DNA from: Chloroflexota bacterium
GTDB lineage: Bacteria; Chloroflexota; Dehalococcoidia; Lucifugimonadales; Lucifugimonadaceae
Length of the DNA: 64,000 nt
Direction: 5' to 3'
NCBI GenBank assembly: GCA_002719295.1
Contig: PBHC01000012.1
Coordinates: 77,930 to 141,929, forward strand
The translations under genes and the position numbers were made by a program. Shown here in pieces: positions 9,708 to 19,033 of this stretch (position 1 is its first letter; every line of letters begins with the position of its first letter). Under the pieces are notes generated by a model that was not told where the DNA came from, made no database searches, and was given only the letters and a program-made list of their open reading frames with translations.

Positions 9708-10534
9708 TGTATGCAGATTTACATATCCATACAGATTTTTCAGATGGTATTTATTCTCCAAAAGAAATACTTTTAAAAACTGAAAAATCGAGATTAAAAA
9801 AAATTGCGATAACGGATCATGATAATTTCTCAGGAAGCATTCAAGCTAGTAATATTATTAAAGAGTCTAATTTTTCATTTGAATTAATACCTGGTGTTGA
9901 ATTTTCTTGTTCAAATGGTGCTGAAGAGTATCATATTGTAGGTTTATTTATTGATTTTGAAAATTATGAAATAAACAATCTAATTTCAATGATGCAGCTA
10001 AAAAGATTGGATGCAATAAAAAAAATAGTAAAATTTTTAGATTCACAAAACATAAAATTATCATTAGAGGATGTTATTGCTAACTCTAAAGGATCAATTG
10101 GAAGGCCTCATATAGCATTAGAGCTAATAAAAAAAGGATATGTACGATCTGTGAATGAAGCCTTCGAAAAATTTCTTTCAAATAATCATATAAAAAATAT
10201 AAAAGAGCCTCGTATGACTGTATTAGAAGCGATCGAAGCTATAAAAAAATCTAATGGTGTTTCTATATTGGCTCATCCAAATATAAAGGGAAAAAATTTA
10301 AAAAAAACAATCAATTCATTTAAAGAATTGGGCCTATCTGGTGTAGAAGTCCATTCACCAAGATATGGTTTGAATAGACAAAAAGAATTATTACAAATTT
10401 GTGATAATTTAAATTTAGTAATTTCAGGTGGAAGTGATTTTCATGGGATGCATAAAGGAATTGAAATAAGTAAATCAAATGCTATTTCTAAATTTGAGTT
10501 TGAATCAATACGTAACATAAAAAATTCTATTTAG
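9707..10534 (+). CDS. PHP-domain protein (TrpH/YciV-like)
   Basis: DLHIHTDFSDG, ITDHD, GVEFS, GRPHIA, LAHP, GGSDFHG. Confidence 0.88.
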   Translation: MYADLHIHTDFSDGIYSPKEILLKTEKSRLKKIAITDHDNFSGSIQASNIIKESNFSFELIPGVEFSCSNGAEEYHIVGLFIDFENYEINNLISMMQLKRLDAIKKIVKFLDSQNIKLSLEDVIANSKGSIGRPHIALELIKKGYVRSVNEAFEKFLSNNHIKNIKEPRMTVLEAIEAIKKSNGVSILAHPNIKGKNLKKTINSFKELGLSGVEVHSPRYGLNRQKELLQICDNLNLVISGGSDFHGMHKGIEISKSNAISKFEFESIRNIKNSI

Positions 10535-10542
10535 CTTATAAA

Positions 10543-11184
10543 ATGTTAATAACCATAATTTTCTCTATTATTTTTTATTTTCTAGGTTCTTTTCCTACTA
10601 GTTATATTTTAGGAAAAAAAATACAACAGATTGATATTCTAACTCAAGGTTCAATGCATTCAGGATTGTCAAATATTTATAAATTTTCTTCTAAAAAATC
10701 AATTCTTCTTATTTTATTTGTTGATGTACTAATCAAAGGTTTTGTTCCAACTTCCCTGCTTATTATTTTTTTTGATGAATTGATTTTTATTTCTGTTTTT
10801 TTAATTATTGGGCATAATTGGTCAGTTTTTTTAAAATTTAAAGGAGGTAAAGGATTATCTGTATCCATTGGAATATTAGCGGGTATAAATATATTTCTAT
10901 TTATTATTTTGTTTGTATCTTTTTTGTTTTTTTGGATAATATTAAAATTTAAAGATAGCTCTATGCCTTGGATTTTTTCATTTTTATTTACTGTAGCAGC
11001 CATGATTTTTGACAGTTTATTTTTTAATCTTTTTTCAGAATCTATATTTAAAATGTCTAATTACTTAGTTATTGTTGTTTTTTTATTATTGTTATTTAGA
11101 AGAATTTTAGGAAACGGAGAATATAATAACCTTAATCGTAAAATTTTATTTAATAGATTAATATTTGATAGAGATGAAATGTAA
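10543..11184 (+). CDS. plsY: Glycerol-3-phosphate acyltransferase PlsY family (divergent)
   Basis: YFLGSFP, D..KG, GHNWSVFLKFKGGKG; multi-TM; motifs 1 and 3 degenerate. Confidence 0.7.
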   Translation: MLITIIFSIIFYFLGSFPTSYILGKKIQQIDILTQGSMHSGLSNIYKFSSKKSILLILFVDVLIKGFVPTSLLIIFFDELIFISVFLIIGHNWSVFLKFKGGKGLSVSIGILAGINIFLFIILFVSFLFFWIILKFKDSSMPWIFSFLFTVAAMIFDSLFFNLFSESIFKMSNYLVIVVFLLLLFRRILGNGEYNNLNRKILFNRLIFDRDEM

Positions 11185-11738
11185 TGCAAAATTGCTATTA
11201 TCATAAAAATAAAGAAACCGTTCTAACGTGTTCAAGATGTAATAAGCCGATTTGTAATGATTGTACAAGTGATTCATTAGTAGGAATTAAATGTATTGAT
11301 TGTGGGTCTATAGGTAAGCCAGATATTTTAAATGTATCTATCAAAAATTTTTTTACAATCATAATCGGGAGTTTGATTTTTTCAATTTTCTCCTCATTTT
11401 TATACTCTTTTCTAATAGTTATAATTTTAAATATAGATATTTTAGGTAATATTCAATCTACTGCAATTATGTTCTTAAAAGTAATAACTTTAATACTTTT
11501 AGTTTTATTTGGAGTATTAAATGCTGAGCTTATAATTAGAATTTCTAGAAAAAAAATAAATAAAACATTCCCCATTATATCTGCAATAACTACCTTGTCT
11601 TATTGGATTTTTATATATCTATTTTTTTCTTCAATTTTTGCCTCTTATCAAGTATGGTGGTATCAGTTTTTCTATCAACCAGTTGCTATGTTAGGATTAG
11701 GACTATCAATATATTTATCATATTCAAGAGTAAAATGA
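11184..11738 (+). CDS. B-box-type zinc-finger membrane protein
   Basis: CYYH...CSRCNKPICNDC...CIDC followed by about 4 TM helices. Confidence 0.7.
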   Translation: MQNCYYHKNKETVLTCSRCNKPICNDCTSDSLVGIKCIDCGSIGKPDILNVSIKNFFTIIIGSLIFSIFSSFLYSFLIVIILNIDILGNIQSTAIMFLKVITLILLVLFGVLNAELIIRISRKKINKTFPIISAITTLSYWIFIYLFFSSIFASYQVWWYQFFYQPVAMLGLGLSIYLSYSRVK

Positions 11739-11745
11739 GGGATTT

Positions 11746-12903
11746 ATGAAAAGAACAAAAATTGAAAAAATTGAAACAATTTTATGGGATAGATGGCTTT
11801 TATTAAAAATTTATTGCGAAGATGGTACCGTTGGCATTGGAGAGGGAGGTGTTCATGGCTGGCAGAGACCAACTAAAACTATGATCGAAACGATGGAACC
11901 TTATTTATTAGGCAAAGATCCATCTTTAATTGAGCACCATTATCAGTGGCTATATAGATCAAGTCACTTTATGGGATCTGTTGTTCAGGGAGCTCTCTCT
12001 GCAATAGACATAGCGTTATGGGATATAAAAGGAAAAAGATTAAATGTGCCTATTTATGAGTTATTGTCTGGTAAAACAAGAGATAAAGTTCGTTGTTATA
12101 TGCATGTAGGAATGTACAACCCAGATTCCAAATCTAAATTAGGAACAACCGATGCTTTGGTAGAAGATGCATTAGAAGCAGTTAAAAGGGGTTTTACAGC
12201 AGTTAGATTTTCTCCATATAACGATAAATTTTATCTACATAAATCTTTTAGTGAATGGGCAACTGAATCTGTTAATAACGTAGGAGCAGTAAAGGAAGCT
12301 GTGGGCGATGCAGTTGATGTTTGTGTAGAAATACATAGGCAAATGAGTCCAGCTGAAGGAATAAGCTTGGGTAAAAGATTAGAAGAATTTTCGCCATTTT
12401 TTTATGAGGACCCTATGCTTCCAGACTCACCAAACTTAATGGCAGAAATTCAAAACAATTGTAATATTCCTATAGCTACAGGAGAAAGATTTACTAGTAT
12501 TTATGAATTTCAACAATTACTTGAAGCTAAGGCAACAAGTTATATTCGGCCAGATTTATGTCTTGCTTCTGGAATTAGTGGTTGTAAGAAAATTTCAGCT
12601 ATGGCTGAATCTCATCACATAAAGGTAATCCCTCATAATCCTTTATCTCCCGTTTCTACAGCAGCTTGTGTACAGCTTGATGCCTCAATACCAAATTTTG
12701 CATTACAAGAATTTACTGGAGAAGATAAACCTCCTAAGAGTGATTTGATTGAAAATCCAATTAAGCTAGATAGTGGTTACTTAATTGTTCCAGAGGAGCC
12801 GGGGTTGGGTATTTCTTTAAATGAAAAAACATTAAAATTGGGTGAAAATCCAAAAATACTTGAAACACCAATTGGTTTTGATGGTTCAGTTCAAGATAGA
12901 TAG
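11746..12903 (+). CDS. Acid-sugar dehydratase, enolase superfamily (DgoD/ManD-like)
   Basis: RWLLLKI, IDIALWDIKGK, EIHR, EDP, TGER, PHNP, QE, DGSVQD. Confidence 0.88.
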   Translation: MKRTKIEKIETILWDRWLLLKIYCEDGTVGIGEGGVHGWQRPTKTMIETMEPYLLGKDPSLIEHHYQWLYRSSHFMGSVVQGALSAIDIALWDIKGKRLNVPIYELLSGKTRDKVRCYMHVGMYNPDSKSKLGTTDALVEDALEAVKRGFTAVRFSPYNDKFYLHKSFSEWATESVNNVGAVKEAVGDAVDVCVEIHRQMSPAEGISLGKRLEEFSPFFYEDPMLPDSPNLMAEIQNNCNIPIATGERFTSIYEFQQLLEAKATSYIRPDLCLASGISGCKKISAMAESHHIKVIPHNPLSPVSTAACVQLDASIPNFALQEFTGEDKPPKSDLIENPIKLDSGYLIVPEEPGLGISLNEKTLKLGENPKILETPIGFDGSVQDR

Positions 12904-12907
12904 TCTA

Positions 12908-14215
12908 TTAGTATAAATTTTCTAAATCATAGGTTGATTTAGGGATATTCTCAGACAAATTTTTTGGACCAGATTTAGTTATAAGAATATCATCTTCAAT
13001 TCTTATTCCTATATTTTTATATTTTTTTGATTTTTTTTGAGCCATATCTCCAAAATATAAGCCAGGCTCAATTGTAAGTATCATTCCTTCTTGGAATTTA
13101 GTGAAATTTTCATCTCTATCTTTGTATTTTCCTGAATCGTGTACATCAAGTCCTAACCAGTGAGAAGTTGAATGCATATAAAAAGGGACATAAAGTTTTT
13201 TTTCAATTATTTCATCCACAGATTCATTCAAAATATTAATTTGTTTTAAACCTTCTATAAGAGTTGTCAAAGCTTTTATATGTGGGTCATTTATAGTATT
13301 TCCTATTTTGCATTCTTCTATTGCTTTTATGTTTGCTTCCAACACTATTTCATAAATATCTTTTTGTTCTGATTTAAATTTTCCGTTTACTGGCCATGTT
13401 CTAGTAACATCTGCGGAGTAATAATCCCATTCTGCTCCAGCGTCTATTAGCAAAAGTGAATCTTCTTCTAATTCTTTATTATTTTCAATATAATGCAAAA
13501 TGCATGAATTTTTCCCCGAGGCAACAATTGAAGGATATCCATTTCTTTTTGCACCATTCATTCTGAATTCCTTTTCCATGATTTCCTGGACTTCATACTC
13601 ATAAATTCCTGGAGTGGAAAATTTAATAGCTTCGATAAAGCCTTTTTCGGTTAAATCTATAGCGCTTTGTATTAATTCGATTTCATTATTACTTTTAATT
13701 AATCTCATGGAGTCTATACGCACTGAAGGGTCTATAATTTGTGGGTTAGGATTTCCAGTTCTTGATTTAGTTCTATTAAAATCTTTAATACTTTTTAGAA
13801 TTAATTTATCTATTTTTTCAGATGAACCAAGGTCATAATATATTTTTTCAGAACCTAATAATAATTCTGTCAACTTATCGATCTGGCTGTTGTTATATGT
13901 TTTATCGGCCAAATAGAAGGATTTAGCTTTATCTTTTCCTATTCTATAACCTGTCCAAACTTCTTCTTCTACTTTTTTTTCTTGAGTGAATAAAATATAT
14001 TTTTCAGAATCTTTTTTTTGTAAAATCATTAAAGCTTCAGGTTCTTCAATGCCTGTGAAATACCAAAAATCTGAGCTCTGTCTAAACTCATAATTCACAT
14101 CATTATTTCTAACTTTTTCTACTTCCCCGCTAATCACAAGAATTGAGTTTTCTTCCATACTGGAAAATAATTTTTTTCTTCTATTTTGATATTCTGTTTG
14201 AGAAATTATTTTCAT
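12908..14215 (-). CDS. pepP: Xaa-Pro aminopeptidase P
   Basis: RNNDV...FRQSSDFWY, LHY, DAG, DVTRT, HWLGLDVHD, TIEPGLY, RIEDD. Confidence 0.93.
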   Translation of the reverse strand: MKIISQTEYQNRRKKLFSSMEENSILVISGEVEKVRNNDVNYEFRQSSDFWYFTGIEEPEALMILQKKDSEKYILFTQEKKVEEEVWTGYRIGKDKAKSFYLADKTYNNSQIDKLTELLLGSEKIYYDLGSSEKIDKLILKSIKDFNRTKSRTGNPNPQIIDPSVRIDSMRLIKSNNEIELIQSAIDLTEKGFIEAIKFSTPGIYEYEVQEIMEKEFRMNGAKRNGYPSIVASGKNSCILHYIENNKELEEDSLLLIDAGAEWDYYSADVTRTWPVNGKFKSEQKDIYEIVLEANIKAIEECKIGNTINDPHIKALTTLIEGLKQINILNESVDEIIEKKLYVPFYMHSTSHWLGLDVHDSGKYKDRDENFTKFQEGMILTIEPGLYFGDMAQKKSKKYKNIGIRIEDDILITKSGPKNLSENIPKSTYDLENLY

Positions 14216-14751
14216 AACTTAAAGTAATTTTCTTTGTACCATTTTAATTCATTTATACTTTCCCTAATATCATTCAAGGCAAGATGAGAATTCTTTTTTT
14301 CAGGTTCGTTTTTATCGGCTTGGTACCACCTTTTTATAACTTCCTTAAAAGAAGATACGTCAATCATCCTATAATTTAGATAATTATCTAACTTTGGCAT
14401 TTCTTTGTGAATAAATCTTCTGTCTATATGAATAGAATTTCCACATAAAATACCCTTGTTTTCATCAACCCATTGAGAAATAAAACTGACGTTTATATCA
14501 TCAGCTTCTGAAATACTAATTTTTGAGTTTCTAACCTTATCTAAAAGGCCTGATTCAGTATGAACCCTTAAAGGCCAATCTTCAGTTATTTTTAATTCTT
14601 CTTCTGTTCTTTTAATTACTATATTTGGACCTTCTTCTAAAATCTCTAATTCTTTATCAGTGACTATGCACGCGGTTTCTATTATCAGTTGGTTGTCTGA
14701 CAAACCCGTGAATTCAAGGTCCATCCAAATTAAGTTATCTTTTTTTGCCAT
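14212..14751 (-). CDS. orn: Oligoribonuclease
   Basis: LIWMDLEFTGL, HTESGL, CGNSIHIDRRF, YRMIDVSS, HLALNDIRESINELKWY. Confidence 0.93.
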   Translation of the reverse strand: MAKKDNLIWMDLEFTGLSDNQLIIETACIVTDKELEILEEGPNIVIKRTEEELKITEDWPLRVHTESGLLDKVRNSKISISEADDINVSFISQWVDENKGILCGNSIHIDRRFIHKEMPKLDNYLNYRMIDVSSFKEVIKRWYQADKNEPEKKNSHLALNDIRESINELKWYKENYFKL

Positions 14752-14791
14752 TTTAGTAAAATGTAATTATTTACTATAATTTTATCAACAA

Positions 14792-15754
14792 ATGCTAAAA
14801 ACATATACCATTCCTATAACTACTAAACAAATTACAAATTTATATGATTTATGGGTAAATAATGGTTTTGAAAATGAAAAAAATATTGATATTAATAAAA
14901 ACTTATTATCTGGATCAGAAGTTAAATCAAATCAAATAAAATTATATGTTTATGAAAAAGCAGCAACTGTACTAAGTAGTGCAATAATAATAATTAATAA
15001 TAATAACCCCTCAATATCAGGAGTAGGTGAAGTTTGTACCTCAGTAAATTCTCGTGGGAAAGGATTAGCTAATACTCTTTGTGAAAAAATAGTGGATGAT
15101 TATTTTTTGAATAATCAAAGTAGAGCAATTTTTCTTGGAACTATAAATCCTGTAGCTGAAAAAATTTATAAATCACTAGGATGGCAAATGATAAAAAATA
15201 CAAATGTCATGTTTAATTCAAAAAATCAGGATGATTTTGAATCATTTTTACTAACTTATAACAAACCTAATTCTACAAAAATTATTACGAAAGGTAATAG
15301 CGATTTTAGGATTTCAATTATCCCTTTTGTACTATCTCAAAGATCAAAAAATCAAATAGACTTAAACTCAAAAGTTAATTTAATAAATAAATTATCCAGT
15401 TGTTTGGGTTTATATAACAAATATGATTCCCTTTATGTAAAAAAAGGAAATTGGTTTTCTGTATCTGACAAAGAAAATAGACTTTTTTCAATTGTTTCTT
15501 ATTTAGAAAAAGAAGATAAAAAATTTAGAATAGATGGTTTATTCAACTATTTATATTATGACGAGGCAAAAAAATTAGTTGAATTTGTTATAAATAAATT
15601 AGTAAATCAAAAACCTAATAAAATTTCTGTTGAAATTTATAAAAAAGATACTTCAAAGCTACAAATGTTTCATGAATTAGGTTTTATAGAGAAAAATAAT
15701 ATCCAAAAGAAAATTGACGGAAAAGATTTGGAGTTCAAGGAATTTATTTTATAA
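14792..15754 (+). CDS. GNAT family acetyltransferase (probable tandem GNAT domains)
   Basis: VCTSVNSRGKGLA motif A, A.KIYKSLGW, second C-terminal FHELGF. Confidence 0.75.
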   Translation: MLKTYTIPITTKQITNLYDLWVNNGFENEKNIDINKNLLSGSEVKSNQIKLYVYEKAATVLSSAIIIINNNNPSISGVGEVCTSVNSRGKGLANTLCEKIVDDYFLNNQSRAIFLGTINPVAEKIYKSLGWQMIKNTNVMFNSKNQDDFESFLLTYNKPNSTKIITKGNSDFRISIIPFVLSQRSKNQIDLNSKVNLINKLSSCLGLYNKYDSLYVKKGNWFSVSDKENRLFSIVSYLEKEDKKFRIDGLFNYLYYDEAKKLVEFVINKLVNQKPNKISVEIYKKDTSKLQMFHELGFIEKNNIQKKIDGKDLEFKEFIL

Positions 15755-16018
15755 TTTCATATTAAACTTTTCTTCTAAAATAATTTTGAAGAATTTTTTT
15801 TCTGTGTTTTTTGAAATTTTATATTTTTTATATATAGATTCTTTTTCTTTGATTAATATTCTTGCAATCCCCTCTCTATATTTTTTTGCAATTTTAAATA
15901 ACTCTGGATCAACTTTATTTTTACTATAAATTACAGGAATTTCATTGTGTAATTTAAATGAAATGCCTTTAGAAATTAATAGTTTTAGAACTTCTTTTGA
16001 TTCATTAATTGTAACCAT
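15749..16018 (-). CDS. Small hypothetical protein, TubC N-terminal docking-domain-like pattern
   Basis: 89 aa; LKLLISKGISFKL...KVDPELFKIAKKYREGIARIL. Confidence 0.5.
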   Translation of the reverse strand: MVTINESKEVLKLLISKGISFKLHNEIPVIYSKNKVDPELFKIAKKYREGIARILIKEKESIYKKYKISKNTEKKFFKIILEEKFNMKL

Positions 16019-16050
16019 AATTTATTTTGTATACTAAAGAGGTATACAAT

Positions 16051-17622
16051 TCAAGGTAAATATTTTGTATTTTTATCAAAAGGATACAAATTTTTTCTAA
16101 TATTTTTGTACTCAAAAAAAGAAAGATCTGAAGTTGTAACTCCAGGAGAATTTACTAAAATTATTTCTGCAGCTATGGGTTGGTAGGCAGGCCTTGGCGA
16201 GCTGACTCCTTTTGCTACAACTATTTTATAATTTTCTGGATATATGCCCATTGAATACATTTGTTCTCTGGCTGTATTTCCACTTCTTTTTGAAGTAATT
16301 AAAATCGTCATTCCATCATCAGTATCAAATCTCACTCTTTTACCGTCATCAAAATACCTAAATCCTCCATGATTTGGTCTATGTTCCTCATATTTACCAC
16401 CGTCAATTTTTTTTATAGTTCCATGCAAATTAATTGGACTCCCGTGCATTTGATCAATTTTTCCACCCACTGAAATGGAAATATGTGAACCTTCTCCTGC
16501 TGATACACACTGATTTACTACATCTGGATCACATAAACTTTGCAAAAAGTCTTTTATATTTAATTCCTTTGCTCTCTTAAGTATGTGTGTTGAATCTGCA
16601 GTCGATCCTCCTCCAATATTATCTCCTACATCCATTAGAACTATAGGGCCTAAGTGTGAATGATCATTTTCTTTTGATTCCTCAAGAGCTTGACCGTCAT
16701 TAGGGACAAAATTCTCTTTTCCTTTTGGCTTTGGTCCTATATAAATTTCTTTTGCTATTTTTAATGATTCATCTATAGTTGGCACAGGTTTGTTCAGTTC
16801 TTCTCTTTTCCCCCATGCTTTTTTTGAAAGCTTTTTGGAAATTTCTTTTGCTAAATCTATATTATTATCAGTTATAGTTATCCAAGACATCCCCATTTCT
16901 ATTACATCAGCGTAGGGATATCCTTCAGAAATAGAAGTATCTAATACTTTTTCAATTAAATTAGCTTCGATGCAGTCCTCTACAAGACCTTTCATAGGTT
17001 CTTGTCCTGTAAATTGTTTGACAATATTTACTAACATTGGCGGAGTTTCTATGAATTGAGTTGGGATTATTTCTTTTTTTATAGCCTTTACAATTAATTC
17101 AGCACACTTGAGAGCTCTTGGTTTAGCGTCTAAATGAGGACAAGTTCTCCAAACTATGCACACATCTGTATTTTCAACTGTATCTTTTGAAATATTGGCA
17201 TGCATATCTAAAGTAATACCGACAGGTACTTTAATTCCTACTATTTCCCTAACTTTCTTAGTGAAATCAGCATCCATGTCAGGATATTCTTCAGAAACAG
17301 CGGCTCCATGATTTGCTATTAGGACACCGTCCCATGGGCCTTCATTTTTTAGCATTTCTAACATTTCATTTGAAAGTCTCTTATAAGCTTCTTTTGTAAT
17401 TATTCCGATTGGACCTGTATTTGCATACATCAATGGAACTAATTCGAAGTCAAATATCTTAGATGCTTCAATGTAACCGGCAATTGTATAATTTGATTTT
17501 TCAAAGTGTTTTATTATTTCTTGCTTACGTTTTATTTCTTTTTTTTCAAACTCTTCATAAGTTGCAGGGATTGTTGAAAAAGTATTTGTTTCGTGTGAAA
17601 TACCAAGAGTTGCTATTCTCAT
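16051..17622 (-). CDS. MlrC / M81 family metallopeptidase-like protein
   Basis: HETNTF, HGA, DMHAN, PHLD, DNIGGG motifs. Confidence 0.88.
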   Translation of the reverse strand: MRIATLGISHETNTFSTIPATYEEFEKKEIKRKQEIIKHFEKSNYTIAGYIEASKIFDFELVPLMYANTGPIGIITKEAYKRLSNEMLEMLKNEGPWDGVLIANHGAAVSEEYPDMDADFTKKVREIVGIKVPVGITLDMHANISKDTVENTDVCIVWRTCPHLDAKPRALKCAELIVKAIKKEIIPTQFIETPPMLVNIVKQFTGQEPMKGLVEDCIEANLIEKVLDTSISEGYPYADVIEMGMSWITITDNNIDLAKEISKKLSKKAWGKREELNKPVPTIDESLKIAKEIYIGPKPKGKENFVPNDGQALEESKENDHSHLGPIVLMDVGDNIGGGSTADSTHILKRAKELNIKDFLQSLCDPDVVNQCVSAGEGSHISISVGGKIDQMHGSPINLHGTIKKIDGGKYEEHRPNHGGFRYFDDGKRVRFDTDDGMTILITSKRSGNTAREQMYSMGIYPENYKIVVAKGVSSPRPAYQPIAAEIILVNSPGVTTSDLSFFEYKNIRKNLYPFDKNTKYLP

Positions 17623-17675
17623 AACTTTCTTTACCTTCTTTTTAATATAATGTATTTAAATTGTTTTAAATAATT

Positions 17676-17921
17676 ATGTCCAAAGAAAAAAAAATTTCAA
17701 TTGATATACATGGTTTTAGAGCTCTAGAAGCTAGAAATGCTATAGAAGATCATATTTTAGAGTGTGTAAATCAGAATTATTCACAAGTGAGAATTGTTCA
17801 TGGACATGGATCTGGAGTTCTAAAAAGAATTACAGAGGAAGTATTATATTCTTCAGAATATGTTAAGGATTTTTATCCAGATCATACTTTTGGAGTTACA
17901 ATTGGAAATTTGAAATATTAA
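17676..17921 (+). CDS. Stand-alone Smr/MutS2 domain protein
   Basis: IDIHG...IVHGHGSGVLK...GVT. Confidence 0.88.
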   Translation: MSKEKKISIDIHGFRALEARNAIEDHILECVNQNYSQVRIVHGHGSGVLKRITEEVLYSSEYVKDFYPDHTFGVTIGNLKY

Positions 17922-18013
17922 GACTTAATAATAATTGCAACAATTGCACCTATTGCAAACCATAGAGTCCATCTAAACCACCAAAATTTATATAATTCTT
18001 TAAACTTTTCCAT
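17918..18013 (-). CDS. 31-aa Trp-rich membrane peptide, not in ORF track
   Basis: MEKFKELYKFWWFRWTLWFAIGAIVAIIIKS; start overlaps NMO 3' end, stop overlaps Smr stop. Confidence 0.5.
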   Translation of the reverse strand: MEKFKELYKFWWFRWTLWFAIGAIVAIIIKS

Positions 18014-18980
18014 TATTTAATCCTTTTGTTTTGTTATTAAGGTCTTCTAAAGCTTTTTCTAGCTCTTCTTCAAGATCATTTACCACATTTTCAACTGATG
18101 TAATATCTCGTATCCTGCCTATTCCTTGCCCAGAGCCCCAAATATCTTTCCAGGTCTTTGGTTTTTCCGGATTATCAAAACTCATTTGATCTTTTGATCC
18201 TTCTTCTAAAGAATCAGGATTTAATCCAGAATTTTCTATAGAACCTCTGAGATAATTGCCATGAATTCCAGAAAAAAAAGAAGTATATATAACATCTTTT
18301 GCAGTGCTGTCCAAAATCATTTTTTTATACATTTCATTTGCATTTGCTTCTATTGTCGGTATAAATCTTGATCCAATATATGCAAGATCTGCTCCTAATG
18401 CTAAAGCAGATGCAATTGAATATCCATCTCCTATAGCTCCTGATAATAGTATGGTTCCTTTGAACCATTCTTTTACCTCTCTAAGCAATGCAAATGGAGA
18501 TAGATTTCCAGCATGTCCACCAGCACCTGAGCAAACTAGAATTAGTCCATCTACTCCTAACTCAGCAGCTTTTTTTGCATGCCTTACACTGATTACATCG
18601 TGGTAAACGATTCCACCGTAACTATGGGCAGCTTCAATGATTTCATCAGGAGGCCTTAAGCTAGTAATAATTATAGGAACTTTATGATCAACACAAGTTT
18701 CCATGTCTGAAATAAGTCGTTTATTTGATTTGTGACATATTTGATTTACAGCAAATGGAGCCACTAATTTGTCAGGATTATTTGATTTATATTCTTCTAA
18801 ATCTTCTTTTATTTGATTTATCCAATCATTTAGACTTTCAGGCGCTCTGGCATTAAGAGCAGGAAAAGAACCTATTATTCCAGATTTACACTGATTTGCA
18901 ACTAACTTAGGGTTAGAAACTGTAAACATAGGAGATGCCACAATAGGTAACCTTAAATTAAAACTATTTATTTTATACAT
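18000..18980 (-). CDS. Nitronate monooxygenase / FabK-like flavoprotein family
   Basis: PIVASPMF, AVNQI, GAGGHAG, LSGAI, ALGADLAYIGSRF, WGSGQG. Confidence 0.9.
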   Translation of the reverse strand: MYKINSFNLRLPIVASPMFTVSNPKLVANQCKSGIIGSFPALNARAPESLNDWINQIKEDLEEYKSNNPDKLVAPFAVNQICHKSNKRLISDMETCVDHKVPIIITSLRPPDEIIEAAHSYGGIVYHDVISVRHAKKAAELGVDGLILVCSGAGGHAGNLSPFALLREVKEWFKGTILLSGAIGDGYSIASALALGADLAYIGSRFIPTIEANANEMYKKMILDSTAKDVIYTSFFSGIHGNYLRGSIENSGLNPDSLEEGSKDQMSFDNPEKPKTWKDIWGSGQGIGRIRDITSVENVVNDLEEELEKALEDLNNKTKGLNNGKV

Positions 18981-19033
18981 AATAATAGAATAATATATCT
19001 CATAATGTTAATGATATTCTACTTACTGCTTTT

